A DNA stretch of 61,444 bases, the filler included, from Choristocarpus tenellus KU-1152 (Eukaryota > Protista > Phaeophyceae), in NCBI GenBank assembly GCA_964200185.2. It is 11 parts of 11 records of this genome, joined end to end, with 100 filler letters (N's around TTAATTAATTAA, not from the genome) between each part and the next. Parts side by side here need not be neighbours in the genome. Positions count along the whole stretch, not along the records: positions 28,051 to 34,411 come from CAXNAD020008299.1; positions 34,512 to 38,188 come from CAXNAD020018568.1; positions 38,289 to 52,232 come from CAXNAD020001317.1; 8 more parts are not named here. One strand, 5' to 3'. A model generated the notes under the pieces. That model saw nothing but the letters and a program-made list of their open reading frames with translations, had not been told where the DNA came from and did no database searches. Of this stretch, positions 34,042 through 46,732 are shown piece after piece. Made by a program: the position numbers and the translations under genes. How positions within the stretch are numbered: position 1 is the first letter of the stretch; every line of letters starts with the position of its first letter.

Positions 34042-34511
34042 TTTTTTATTTGCTTATTTTATTATTATGCCCTCTGACATTTTGCAGATGTGTCAGTGGG
34101 GAAACCAATGAAAACTATATACAGTACCTACCCCGATTTTATGCCAAATATTACGTACCAAAAAAAAGACTTTTGAACTGGATTTCCCGTATTTGGGCGA
34201 TTTGGCACAAAATCGGGGAGATATTCACGCGAGTTTGGCGCGCGCGTAAAATTTTCTTGCGAAAAGTGCCTTTCTTCCTGAGTCATGACCACACAGAAGT
34301 ACAGTACGTTGCTGGTAGGGGAATATAGTGGAAGCCATACCTTGTGCCGCGAGAAACCTCTGCAAGATGCCTTCAAATACACCAGGTCTGCCTTTCTACA
34401 CAATCCACAAGNNNNNNNNNNNNNNNNNNNNNNNNNNNNNNNNNNNNNNNNNNNNTTAATTAATTAANNNNNNNNNNNNNNNNNNNNNNNNNNNNNNNNN
34501 NNNNNNNNNNN

Positions 34512-34610
34512 CCGGTGTCGCCAATGTGAATCGTGTGCTTCTGTGGCGGCGTGGTTCACTCAGGCAAGGGTGGCGAAGAGAATCACCGGGCAAGACGGAC
34601 CAGACGAACA
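34512..34610 (-). repeat. Dispersed repeat, also at 39490-39548 and 39860-39942
   Basis: CGTCTGGTCC(G/A)TCTTGCCCGGTGATTCTCTTC(G/A)CCACCCTTG(C/T)CTGAGTGAACCACGCCGC is shared. Confidence 0.8.
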
Positions 34611-35198
34611 AGGACGAACCGTGACCGAGGTTAAGGTTGGGCAAGTGTAAACTTAAGAGTGATGAGCAACATCAAAGATGGGGCTTCATCATCAGTCAAG
34701 ATGTGAGAACAAAGTGGATCTTCCATGTGTGACAACTTGAATGACAAGTTGTTCCAAGTCTATGGATGGGATTGGTCACATGAAGAACTTTTATGGTTTC
34801 CTTGTAACGGAAAAGTCTGTCAGTTAAATCATGGACTCTTGACTGGGAACCTCACTCGGTACCACGGTATAACGGTATATGACACATGGAAATAACGGTA
34901 TAATAACAGATAAACAGACAAACATTTATTCTACACACTGGGTAATATATATTGGAAAGAAAGGACTGAGAGACGATAGATACCCCATGATGATCTGGTA
35001 GATCAAGGAAATATTGTTGGTTGGAGGATAATATATTGAGATAACAGGTAGTCGGTTGGTCCTTGCTCGACTTTCACCACGATGATAATCGATTGGGACG
35101 AGTGAGTTTAGTTAATTGCAGTAACGAGTGCTTCATGCCTACAAGGAGGTCTTGCAAAAACTCAGGAGAAGATAGTACCACCTCTTCCTCGTCAGAAT

Positions 35199-36826
35199 AT
35201 GACAAACTCTGCAACCAATAACCGTTTTGGACCTAGTCATGTGCTTGAAACTCGTCTAGGTGGGAATATTATTGTCGAAAATATCCCCAAATACAGACCA
35301 AAATATGAAAGTCTCGAAGCTGCAAGTGATGGGGCCTCAGGCTACGACGATGAGATAGGCGACGGGAGTGAACGCACAAGTGAAAAGCAGGACAAGGACA
35401 GCACTCCACCACGACTACTAATACTTGGTCTCCTAAATTTGGGATACGTGCTGGCACAGTTCTGGGGGTCCGCGGCGTTTGTCTCGCTGACTCTCCTCTC
35501 TGATGCATTTCACAACCTCTCTGACGTGTGAGTGAGTCGGCAGGATTGTTGACCATTACCATAGCATGGAGCATATTTCTTGCGCTGTCGAGAATCCTTC
35601 TGTTACATGGTTTTGTAGGCTGATGCTTTGCCAGACTCGTTAGGTCCACATGCCTTCATCGATTTTTTCTTTCCTTTGTTGTGTGATCACTGTTTTCAAC
35701 CCGTTTACTTGCACATCTCTAATGGCAGCATGGCCATCGGCATGGCAGCTTACATTTACCAACTGCAGAGAGGGGGAATGAAGGAGGATGGACTGGGTCG
35801 ATCTGATCGCCTTCCCTATGGCTTCAAGCGAGCGGAGGTTGTCGGAGGTCTTGTGAATAGTGTATCACTCATAGCACTATCGGGCTATGTGAGTTTTGCC
35901 CCTCCATGGAGCAGTGGTACCCGAGTTTATCGGCAGATCTCGCTGTCGTGCTTGCTAGGTCAACTTTAAAGTAATACAAATAGCATATTACGTCAATTTT
36001 GTTGCGTGGGGTACTTTCATTTGTCAAACTTTGTGGGTGCTTTTTCTCAGAGTGGAAGTACCGAGACTTCAAAATTGTAAGAGTAGTAATTTGAAGCAAA
36101 GCCTGCTCATGGGGGCAGAACAAGTTTGTGTTTCTTTCCAAACTATAGTAGGTCTTATGCCAAAGTATGGTCCAATCCTATGCCCCGCAGCTACCCTGGA
36201 ATGGCGAGATATGTTCTTTGGGAAGACAGTAATCAACCCCATTCGCTTTGTGTAGCAACTACTCTTTGCCGTCCCATTGAGCTACCAAATACAAATATTT
36301 CCACCTAGGCTCCCGCTCAACTGTACTCTTCACTGCTATACAAAAAATGGAATGGTTGCCTCTTCATGACCCTGTTCGCACAAATCATGTGTCCACCCCT
36401 GACTTCCATCCAGGTCGTATTGAATGCCCTCCCCCGACTGGTGTTTCCAACGCCAAGCGAGGCGAGTTGGGGGTATGCCTTGCTTGCCTTGGCAGGAGTT
36501 TTTGTTAACCTTGTGGGCGTTATGTTATTTTTCACTGCCGGGAATGAGTCACAAAGCTGCCAACATGGAGGTGGCCTGCTGCATGCACATAGTCATGGGC
36601 ACGATCATGGGTAGGTTGACTTTATTATTTTTGTTGAACCAAACTAGGTTATGCCCAATGGATTGGTTTCTAACCACATTGACCTTGCACTGAGTTTATC
36701 TCCTCTTCAAGTATTTCAACGAGCTTCACGTTGGTTGGTGAACGATAGTTACTCAGATGTGCTAGTGAAAATTCCCTTCAACACAGAGAGAGGTTTAGTC
36801 AGCTTTGTTGCTGTTCATCAGTGCTG

Positions 36827-36862
<36 letters not shown>

Positions 36863-38171
36863 GAGAGAGAGGGAATGAGTGAGGAGAGGATCACATTGAA
36901 CAACCAGCACTAAGTGAACAGGACATCTGACTGATGGAGAAGACTGTCCTCTATATTGCCTCAAATCGGTTGAGTTCTGCCCCTCATCCCTAACCACCCA
37001 AACACACTTAAAGCTGTAGATAGAGATCATTGGTTTTCTGATGGGGTCAGGGGGATGGAACATGTAGATGCTGAGAAAACAATTTCATTGCTCGGTGTGC
37101 TAGATAAAATATCTTTGAATAGTCACTTATCATACACAGTGCCAGACCTCTCCTATGAGGGACAGTAGATACTTCGCAAGCGAGTACCAGTGAATCCACA
37201 TCCGTCAAGTGTTTCACTCTGTTCAATACTCTCTCCCCCCTTGCCCACATCACCTCGATGAACTCCTTGTTCTCTTCATCTGATGCCACTCATCAGTCGC
37301 CCTTGAACCCTGATCCCATTAATGGGCCCCATATACATGCCATGGCATCCTCATTACAATTTTCTCAGGCACTCCAGTGATGTAGATGTGGGATCAATGC
37401 CGATGGTAAAGTTGGGAGGGCTCAAGTCAGGCTCTGCCGTGGTGGAAGACAATATTGAGCTCCAGGGTTTGAATCGAGCAGCAGTACTCTCTATGGGGAC
37501 ATGGGGGCGAGGGTGTAAGGTTGGTTACAGGACACTGACTGCTCTTGAGGGTTCTGGTGAGGCTCTGAATGTTGCAGAGGAGGGTGATATGCCGATCACA
37601 CTATCTCTGAGCAGCTCTGGCAGTGATGGTGCAGGGGAAGATTTTGAGATTGATGGGGGACCGAGAGGGGAGAGTACCTTGGGTAAATGGGTTGGTGACA
37701 GTGCTCATTCCCCTGTAAAACATACCATAGAGAGTAGATCTAACTCCGCTGACAGGTCGCACCATGGTGAATTTGAGACAGACACGGAGGGGGCAGAAGT
37801 TGATGTCGATGCAACCAAAGATGGGCATGATTATGTTAATAGTCACGAGCATGGTCACAGTCACAGGGTGGCTCACACCTGTGGTGAAGTGCCTGCAAAA
37901 ATGATCCGTCCTGAGGGGGGCCTGGAAGTGGGGCTTGAGAACCACAATCATAGTCATGAACATGGCAATCATAGACATCATTGTGGCAGTGGGAATGGAG
38001 GCCGCATCATTGGAAGGAGTGACATTCAAGGTGACCATGGACACGAGTATGGAGGTGATGGTCATGGTGATGGAGAAGGGAGAGGGTTTAAGTCCCGAAA
38101 CATGAATCTCTGGGCTGTGCTGGTGCACGCAATGGTGGATGCGGTGGCCTCGGGGGTCGTCTGTGTCCAAG
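35199..38171 (+). CDS. Zn-type cation diffusion facilitator (ZnT1/Zrc1/Cot1-like); exons 35199-35527, 35729-35888, 36414-36610, 37369-38171; 3' end lost at the contig end
   Basis: SLTLLSDAFHNLSDV (TM2 HxxxD), PYGFKRAEVVGGLVN, His-rich loop HAHSHGHDHGH, NMNLWAVLVHAMVDAV (TM5 HxxxD). All junctions are GT-AG and in phase. Confidence 0.93.
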
Positions 38172-38529
38172 GTGTGTGTGTGTGGGGGNNNNNNNNNNNN
38201 NNNNNNNNNNNNNNNNNNNNNNNNNNNNNNNNTTAATTAATTAANNNNNNNNNNNNNNNNNNNNNNNNNNNNNNNNNNNNNNNNNNNNATAATGAGGAAA
38301 TAATCGAGTTATTTACACACACAAGTCTTGAGAACACCAATTTATTTAACAGTTGGAGTGGAGGAGGGGGTGGGGTGGGCTGGGGTGTGGGGGTAGGGGG
38401 TCCTCTGATCTGTGGAGTGGGATAGGTGGGGTGTGAGTTTTGGCCTGGGATATTGTGCGGTGAAAAGAGGTGGATTTGGGATGCAGTGGCATTATTCAGG
38501 CGGGTTATGAGCCCGGCAGGTGGGTGTCT

Positions 38530-39437
38530 TTAGCTGGTTAGGGTGGTGTAGGTGCGACTGAAAAGCATGGGAATGGGTAGGTGTGTTCCACAGTAGGGGC
38601 ATATGAGAGGGTGGTTGGCATCTTCGCAGAGGCTAACCATGCAGTTCAGGTGGAGTGAGCACCTACAAGGGAGGGTGCCTTGGTGGTCTGAGGGGAGAGA
38701 CTCTATACAGCCAGGGCAGGGAGGAAAAGAAGGAGGAGGGGCGTGGGGATGGGGGCGTGGGATGGAGAGCAGGCGGAATGGTGGGATGGCAAAAGGGGTG
38801 GAGGGCGATTGTAAGTGGCTGGATTCCAGCACGACTTTGGTTCCCACACTCCTCTCGATGGCAGTGTAGTAGTGTTCTGGGCTGGCAGGGGTGCGGCAGA
38901 TGGAGCACGGGATGGGATGCAGGGGCCTGGTGCGGAGGTATAGAGCCGAGGCACAGCCCAGATTCTGTGAGTGTGTGCAGGAGAAAGGGAGTACTGCCTG
39001 TAGTATCTCGGAAAAACAGATCACACCGTGTTCCGGTGTGAGCTGATGTGGTTGTTGGGATGGGCGTGGATTGGGGTTGCCTATCGGGGAGGCTGACCGT
39101 CGAATCCCGTAATATCGCTTATCACCGTCTCTCCTGTTTCCTCCTCCTCCTCGTAGCCGTGTAGGGGCAGGCCTCTCTCCCTGCGACCATCGTCGTGTGC
39201 CTCTACCACCTCTCTAGCCCCATCCCCTTGTGTGCTCGTTCGGTTTTCTGTCCGGGCTTCACCATCCTGCAGAGATGAGACCTGTCCACCTATTCCCGAA
39301 GAGGAGTGGTGTGCTCTGCTTATGTTCCCCCCTTGCCTGTGCCTACCTCGTGGGCCACCATTCCTATCCTTGATCACCTCCATCTTGTCCCCATATGAGC
39401 CCATTCCGTTCTCCGCCCATCCTTCTCTGTTTTGCAA
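38530..39437 (-). pseudogene. Broken ORF(s) with a RING-like zinc finger, possibly retroelement-associated
   Basis: CPGC-x11-C-x-C-x2-H-x2-C-x12-CPYC in 38530-39024. The upstream frame has stops. Adjacent to the dispersed repeat at 39490-39942. Confidence 0.45.
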
Positions 39438-41549
39438 GATCGAAATCTATGCGTCTATTCCCGGAGCTGGGTTAAACCCTCCACTTGTATTAGTTCTCTT
39501 TACCACTCTTGCCTGAGTGCACCATGCCACCACAGAATCACATAATTCATACTGTCACTTTTATTCTCTAAATGGCATGTGGCAATCACTCTACACTCTC
39601 GTCAATACGGCCCTGCATCCCCTGCAACTATTGATGCTCGTTGTGTGGAAATATTGCCGTAAATTCTTGAAGGACCCACCGAAATATTCTATTATCAGGA
39701 TTCACCTGGTGATTTTGACCACGTTACAATCGTCCCCTGACACCACTGTTTCTATAGCCCCTCTCCCCAATACTCAGTTCTCCACAATTTCCAGCAAGTC
39801 CTTAAGGTCTTACACTTGTGAAACCGTCTCCTCATCTTGTCGGGTAATATATATATTTTATCCGTCTGGTCCATCTTGCCCGGTGATTCTCTTCACCACC
39901 CTTGTCTGAGTGAACCACGCCGCTACGGAGTCACACAATTCATGAGTGTTAATTTTCATTTTTTTCAGTTATTATATATATATTTTTCTATTCTCTTTGG
40001 ACTACATTATTGTGTTCGATGTTTGGGGGTGACTGGGGTAGTGATGTGTGCCAACTTTTTCTTTGTGAGTGATGTGATATTTGATACATGGTACGAATTT
40101 TTTCTTTTCTCCCACTGCTTAGTTTTTCTTTTGTAGTCCCGCTGCCTTTTCTCAAGCATGGTGTGGTATTGCCTTCTTTCGACTACTTTTTCGGTCACAG
40201 ATCTGAGACCCCTCACATCACACAAATGTGATGATAAATTGTAACAATAACAAACACTATAAATAATACTAAATCATAGTGGCAAAAAGCAGTTGATGCT
40301 GACATTTTGCGATTTAGTAGTTACAGTTTACAGTTGTGGAGACTAGAGAGACATAGAGTTAACCTCACATGGTGCCACTTGTACAGAAGTCAGGAAAGGA
40401 AGGAGATGGAATCCTCGCAGGATCCTCATTGCTAGAGCATGGAGTCACATGGTTGAAATGTAACAAAGAAGAAGATATTTTATTACTTGTTGGTGGGCAA
40501 GCAAATAGTTGCCCCAATTTCTGGAAGACAAAAAACGCCTGAATACCAAAATACCAAACAACAATCTACCGAGCCCCACATGCGAATGTCACACGAGCTT
40601 CTTCCAATTATCCTTTCAATATATATTCCATGTTTTTCTGCACAGATGTGATATGATAATATAAGGATATTGGGGCAAATGGGCAGATTTTTCGGCCCTT
40701 CTTCAAACTTGTGACACTTTTTCTCTTGATGTAGAGGAACTGTAGAGCCTGGAACATGTGGATGGAATGTACAGGAAGGTTTCAGGTTCTTTCGTGTGGG
40801 TGTAGGTGACAAAAAATCACGACAGGTAGGATATATTAGCCAACCATTTATACATCAGTAGAAATGTACACATTGTCACAAACTCACACGTTTGACTAGG
40901 TGATCTTCTTATAGACGATGTGTACATACTCGAGAGAGTTGGAGAATTAGTCATTGCACAACCACTTCTATGGGTCAATACCTTTTCTGCATTATAGATC
41001 TGGTTGTCATCGTAGCAGATGAGGGTTGGGCGATTGCACAGGACAATGTACTTGACTGTGCAAGCAAGTAAATGAACAACAACGAAGAAGAGAATGATAA
41101 AGGAGGCGGCGCAGGGGATAACAAGGAAGTCAATGGTGAAGTTGAGTGTTGAGTATGAAAATTGCCCCCAATACCAAAGGCAGGTCGCTAGTTCAGAACT
41201 TTTATAGGTGTCAGTTGCTGTTTAAAGCAGAGGAGGGCTATACGCCTTGTGGAGAATGCAACTCAAGGGGGAAAGAGACCTGGGAGCCCTCTCTGATGAC
41301 GACATCAAGTAGCAGTTTGGCATGACTGAGAGCTGTGCTCAAGAAGGGGAACAAGATATCACACATGTTGTGGCACGGAAGTATTTGCCTGCATAGGCCA
41401 CTTACCTGCATCTGAAAACTTGTTCTCCTCTGCTGGCAATAGAATCACCGCGGGCATGGACTGCTACAATACGCATTGGATAGACCAGGACTTGCCAGAT
41501 AAGGTCGACTATTTTAACTTACTGTGGTGAAAAAACCCGTTGGTGGTAG

Positions 41550-41700
41550 GTCTCGCGAAAAAAATGAAAAAACAACACCATCCGTCCACATTTTTGTAGA
41601 GTATTATTATTATGTTGTATCAAAGAATGTTTTATAATCAAAATTTGAATCCCGCGCGTTAGGGAAGGGGAGGAATCGCGTGTTCGACATTTTTGAAATC
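41550..41700 (+). promoter_or_regulatory. Candidate cell-cycle promoter motifs upstream of NASP
   Basis: E2F-like TCTCGCGAAAA (reverse TTTTCGCG) at ~41551; TTTGAA motifs at ~41644 and ~41692. Short motifs, so chance occurrence is possible. Confidence 0.25.
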
Positions 41701-41890
41701 AACTCACAAATAACCACACCAGGACCCCCTCAACCTCCCACAAGAGTCCCTTGATCTGTGACAGTCAAATAGCTAGGTCTCTCATATCTCTTCTTGGACT
41801 GTAAATAAATCTACTTCCGTGTTGTTGATATCAGTTTTTACAAGGCGATTCGCTTGGTTTTGGTTTCGTCGTGCAACCCACCGAAACAAC

Positions 41891-43647
41891 ATGGCAGATG
41901 ACAAAACCATCGCAGTTGCTGCCACACTCGCTGACCCACAGTTCAAAGCTGGGCGTGCACTTGTCGATGCTGGTCGACTGGAGGAAGCTGTTAACTTCTT
42001 TAGTAGTTTCTTGGAGGTCAAAGTTCAAACTCTTGATGATGAGATGAGCCCTGCCCTAGCGCCGCTCTACTATGAGTTTGGCAACGCCCTTCTCTACTAC
42101 GCTGAGGAATGTGGTGATGTATTTGGAGACGCAATCACTGAAGCAGAGAGCCAGAAAGCTATTGCCCATATCAAGGCATGCATAAGTGGAGAGGTGGGAA
42201 GCGCAGATGGTGCGTCGGAAGCGGGAGGTGAGGGTGGCGTAAGCAATGGTGAGGACGGCCAAGCACCTCAAACAGGAGCCGAAGAAGACTTGGAAATCGC
42301 GTGGGAGAACCTCGATTTGGCTCGCAAGATATACAGCGAGATAACCTTAACAGATGAAGTCAAGGGACTACTTGGCAAGGTAAGCAGGAATAAAGACGTG
42401 TTTGCGTGTAGGCTAAACCCATACCATATTGTATGTTCTCAAGTTTGCACCCTTTTCACTCCACCAAAGATTGGATAAAACTCCTCCCGTTCTTGATATT
42501 GGATGTCAGGTGCATCTACGGCTCGGGGACCTCAATATGCTCAATGGTATGTATGCTAATGCAGCTGAAGAATTCAGCAAGTGCTTGGAGCTCCGTCTGA
42601 GTATTTTGGGGTCATCATGCAATCGGGGTGTCGCAGACGTGCACGTGCGACGGGCGCAAGCACTATTCTATGCTTCCACTCTGGAAGGTTCCGATAAGGT
42701 ATGCGTACGGAGCTCTCTTCTCGTTATGCGCAGCTATCCTTTCAAGTCTACGGTGCTTACGGAAAAACCTATCAATATTTGCATGAAGGATGCATGTAGA
42801 GTCTATGGGAGAGTTGGACTAAAGTGAGAAAACAAACGAAGTTGGGTGTGTGCATAATAATTTATTTTTTTACTACTCAAGATGGGAAAGGTGCTCACCA
42901 ATGCCACTTGCTGTTACCTACTTGGTAGGACAGTGTGTCCAACTTGATTGGTTGCAGGTATTGCCCTCCTGCTGTCCTGCTAATACCTCCTCCAATCTCC
43001 ACACCTCTCCTCCTAATCACTAGGTAAACCTTGTTGAACAAGCTATCTCTCAGTACGAGGCTGCAGCTGAAGTTTTGATGGGTATGCTTAAAGCAATGGA
43101 AACGTCTGGTATGGAAAAAGGTGAGGCAATGGTGAAAGCAGAACCAGAGGCAGAGACCAGATTGGAGTCACAGCGTGTCCCACCTTTGGAGGGCAAGGAC
43201 AAGGGCAAAGGCAAAGCAAAGACCCCACCTTCGAAGGAAGGTGCTTCTCTGCAAGATGTCACGACAGAAAATGAGGCTGAGCCTCAGTCTGGTGCTGCAT
43301 GTAGTGTTGATGAGATCACAGATTTGCTAGATACAATTCGAGAGACAATTGAGACAATGAAGAGTGGCAAGGACATGGAAGCGTTAGCTGACTATAAAAG
43401 TGGTGCAACTTCAGGGGGAACAACAACCATTGGGTTTGGAGCTCCAGGAGGAGGGGAAGATGGGACCACTACAGTTGGATTCGGGTCTGCTCCGGCTACA
43501 GTGACCACTGGCGGTACCTCTGGCTTTACAGGCGCAGGTGCAACAACTAGTTCAGGGGCAGGAGGGAATGTGATGGTTGTGAAGAGGAAACCCAAAACCC
43601 CAACCATGTCAGATAAGATATCCAAGAAGCAAAAGGATACTGCTTGA
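41891..43647 (+). CDS. NASP: NASP/Sim3/Hif1-family histone H3-H4 chaperone (SHNi-TPR); exons 41891-42379, 42510-42698, 43024-43647
   Basis: LAPLYYEFGNALL, acidic insert, EEDLEIAWENLDLARKIY, VHLRLGDLNMLNGMYANAAEEFSKCLELR, TTIGFG and a C-terminal VKRKPK NLS-like motif. In-phase GT-AG introns. Confidence 0.92.
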
Positions 43648-44271
43648 GGAGATATTAGAACAGGTTAGCAAGGATTCAAACAGAATATTCCCTGTTGTAG
43701 GGTGTATGGGTAGGAATGGATTAATGCAAAAGGTGATTTTTAGGGGGCAGACACTGGCAGCTTCTGGTTGCTTCATAAAGCACTCTTGTTTGAGAAAAAG
43801 GGGGTGATCATTTGGTAGAATCCATAGGTTTGCCCTGATTTTCATTTCCATGCGTAACCCAGTGGGTTGGAGGTCGTAGTGACATATCCATGTATTGGCA
43901 GATGTTATACTGTACCTGGAGTGGCAGACCTAATCCTTGTGCACAGCGATAGCCCCTCTTGTGCTGTTGTCAGGACAGGTCTATGGTGAAAGAAGTGCTC
44001 ACCTTGAGATAATTAATACACACATACACATCTTCATGTGAAGTAGCCTAAGGTGTAATGGTCACATCACCTCTGCACACTAAAAAAATTGCAAATAACT
44101 ATCCAAGTACAAGACATTTGGGGCATTTCAGAAATGGACACAAAATTGATTTGTTGTTCCTCTGGTGCAACAGACCAAGGATATTATTTAACTATATTTA
44201 ACACACCAGATGCCCCAAAGAAAATAAATTGCACCTGTCACAATAACATCAGTGAACAAGGGCATAATATT

Positions 44272-46732
44272 TCATGTGCCTAAACCCGTCCAGGGATCTT
44301 CTGGTGGATCCCCAACCGGCTCATCCAAAATTGTATTGGGCAGCTGTTTCAGTGCTTCCTGCACCATATCCCGGAGTTCATCTGCATCTGGGTTCAATCT
44401 TGGGGTCTTCTGGACTAGATCATTCAGCTCCTGTCGGAAGCGTCTACTGCCCTGTGGTGTGGGTGAGAAAGACAAAAAAAGCTTTTGTATTGTGCCAAAC
44501 ATCCAGGCTTGAGCATGAGGGCATAAAAATAACCTACAGGACCATTCACCATTACTTTCAAATGGTACTGTACTTAGGAGGTGCCACCACAAATAATCCT
44601 AGGATTAGCACAAACAATACTGTGTTACAGTTGATATGTGGTTAAGTATGCAATTATACACAATGAACAGTAGGATAATGGCAACACCTATGCCTCCCAC
44701 TTAGCTTTTTACATGCCAATTTCTTCCAGTCAAAACAGCAAATGAGACCTGTCTCACATGCTTCAGCAGAAGTGATTCCAGCAGCAAAGAGAGTTTTGAT
44801 CTAACCCAAAGTTCTGATATGGGGGGGTGGGCCCACCTTGAAGCCTGAGGATAGAAATGTGATGGGTTTCAGCATGAGACCTGTAGACAACCGCTCTTTC
44901 CCCATCCCATCAGGCAATTGCTTCCTGTGGTTCACAAATTCTTCCATGAAAGTATCGAAGCAATCCAAGTAACTGTGTACTATCTCCCTTCGTGTAAGCC
45001 CTGTGAGAGAGGAAGCAGTCGGGTATTGACACTCAGTGTGGAGAAGAAGCGAGGTAATGACCATACATCTACAGCACACACAGAATGCACTGCAATACAG
45101 TTGCAATCATTGTAGGAAGTAGTTTCCATTCATTTTTTTGCTTGATGAGGAAGCATGGGTACTACTCCGAGGTACTAACGACAGCAGTAGGTTCTATTTG
45201 CCTCGAGGGGTACCTACTACTGAACACCTTGGTCTTGGGAGCCGAAAATGACACTGTCTGCATGTCGGAATGCCCACGGGTTGTTGTATGCAGCTCGCCC
45301 CACCATGACACCCCCAACACCTCTATATCCCCCTTCCCTCCGACCTAGGAGGTGGTCATTGACATCACCCACACTCGTAATCCCGCCATTTATCACAACT
45401 GTGAGCTCTGGGAACTCTGCAGCTAAGCGATGGACGACATCGTATTGCAGGGGTGGTATAGTGCGATTTGCGGATGGGGAAAGGCCATTCAGCATGCATG
45501 TCCTGGCGTGTACAATAATGTGGTCCACCCCTGCAGATTGCACTGCTTGCACAAAGGTGACAAGATCCTCATATCTACCAATTCAAGCATGGTAGACATG
45601 AAGTGATACAGCGGTTGGTCAAGGATGATTGGGGAGAGTGAGTGGAATGTTGAGACTTGCAGGTTGCACATACTAAGGGCATAAAAATATGCCAGTGAGG
45701 AATCTCTGAGTCCAAGTGGTCCATTCCCACAGTGGAGGTTCATGTTCGCAGTAGTGTTGGGCGTCAAGGTGGCAAGCGTCAGGTCTTTCGAGCAATGGGA
45801 GAGTAGAGGGCAGCTGTCCGTCCCATATGTTTATCACAATCTAAATGAATATGTCGAAAATATGACCAGACAGGAGACCCCTTGTTCAAACAGAATGCAT
45901 GGGGGGAGTGGCACTTACGAGTTATTGTTGTCGACGCCTATTCGGCACTTGACAGTTACTGGTGTACGAGAGACCTTGCGGATCATGCAACTCATGATTT
46001 GTCTGACGCGCTCTGGATCCTGCTAGTTCAGGAGGGGTGCAGGGTCGTGGATACATGAACATGAGTATTGGTGGAGAGGGATCCATGTCTTGTGGGCAGC
46101 ACGGAGTCTATTCACATGCCGACAATCTTGCGTACAAAATTGTGCTTTTCTGAGCCCGTTTGAGCTCAGGAAGTCCACGCAACAGTTTCATCACAAGTGC
46201 ACAAGGAAAGCGGGGAGGTTGCGAGGTCATCGCAGGGGTTTGGGTCTCCATGGGTAAATTGCCATCTCAAGCTCACCAGCATAAGACGTGCCCCAAAGCA
46301 ACGCCCTGAGACTTTAGGACTGGGGCATCCACAGTTGAGATTAATCTCAGTGAAATTCCATTGTTCACACATCTCTGCCGCTTCCGCCAGACTGTCAGGG
46401 TCGTTCCCTCCAAGCTGTACAGCAAGTGGTTCCTCCCCTGGGCCATGACCAAGATAATGCCACAAGTGATCTCTTTGGTGGAGAAGCGTCTGATCCACCA
46501 GCATCTCGGTGTAAAGCTTTGATCGTCGACTGAGATGACGGAAGAGGCATCTGCAGAACAACGTTTTGAAGTGCCAAGGTGTTCGCACTTTCAAAATATA
46601 TTAAGTACCCTTAGATACTGCCCCAGGTTGCCACAAATGCAATTTCAGGATGCGTAGGACTCACCGGAAATGGCGGTCGGTGACCGCCATCATCGGAGCC
46701 ACCGAAAGTCTATGACTAACCTCCTCAGTCAT
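44272..46732 (-). CDS. dusA: tRNA-dihydrouridine synthase, DusA type; exons 46732-46665, 46550-46277, 46019-45919, 45574-45228, 45000-44837, 44451-44272
   Basis: LSVAPMMAVTDRHFR, LYTEM, QLGGNDP, EINLNCGCPSPKV, PVTVKCRIGVD, IVHAR...LNGLSPSANRTIPPLQYD, INGGI, GVMVGRAAYNNPW. All junctions in phase. Confidence 0.94.

Noticed and set aside
37601-38170. 189-aa minus-strand ORF
   Set aside because: Antisense of the CDF exon.
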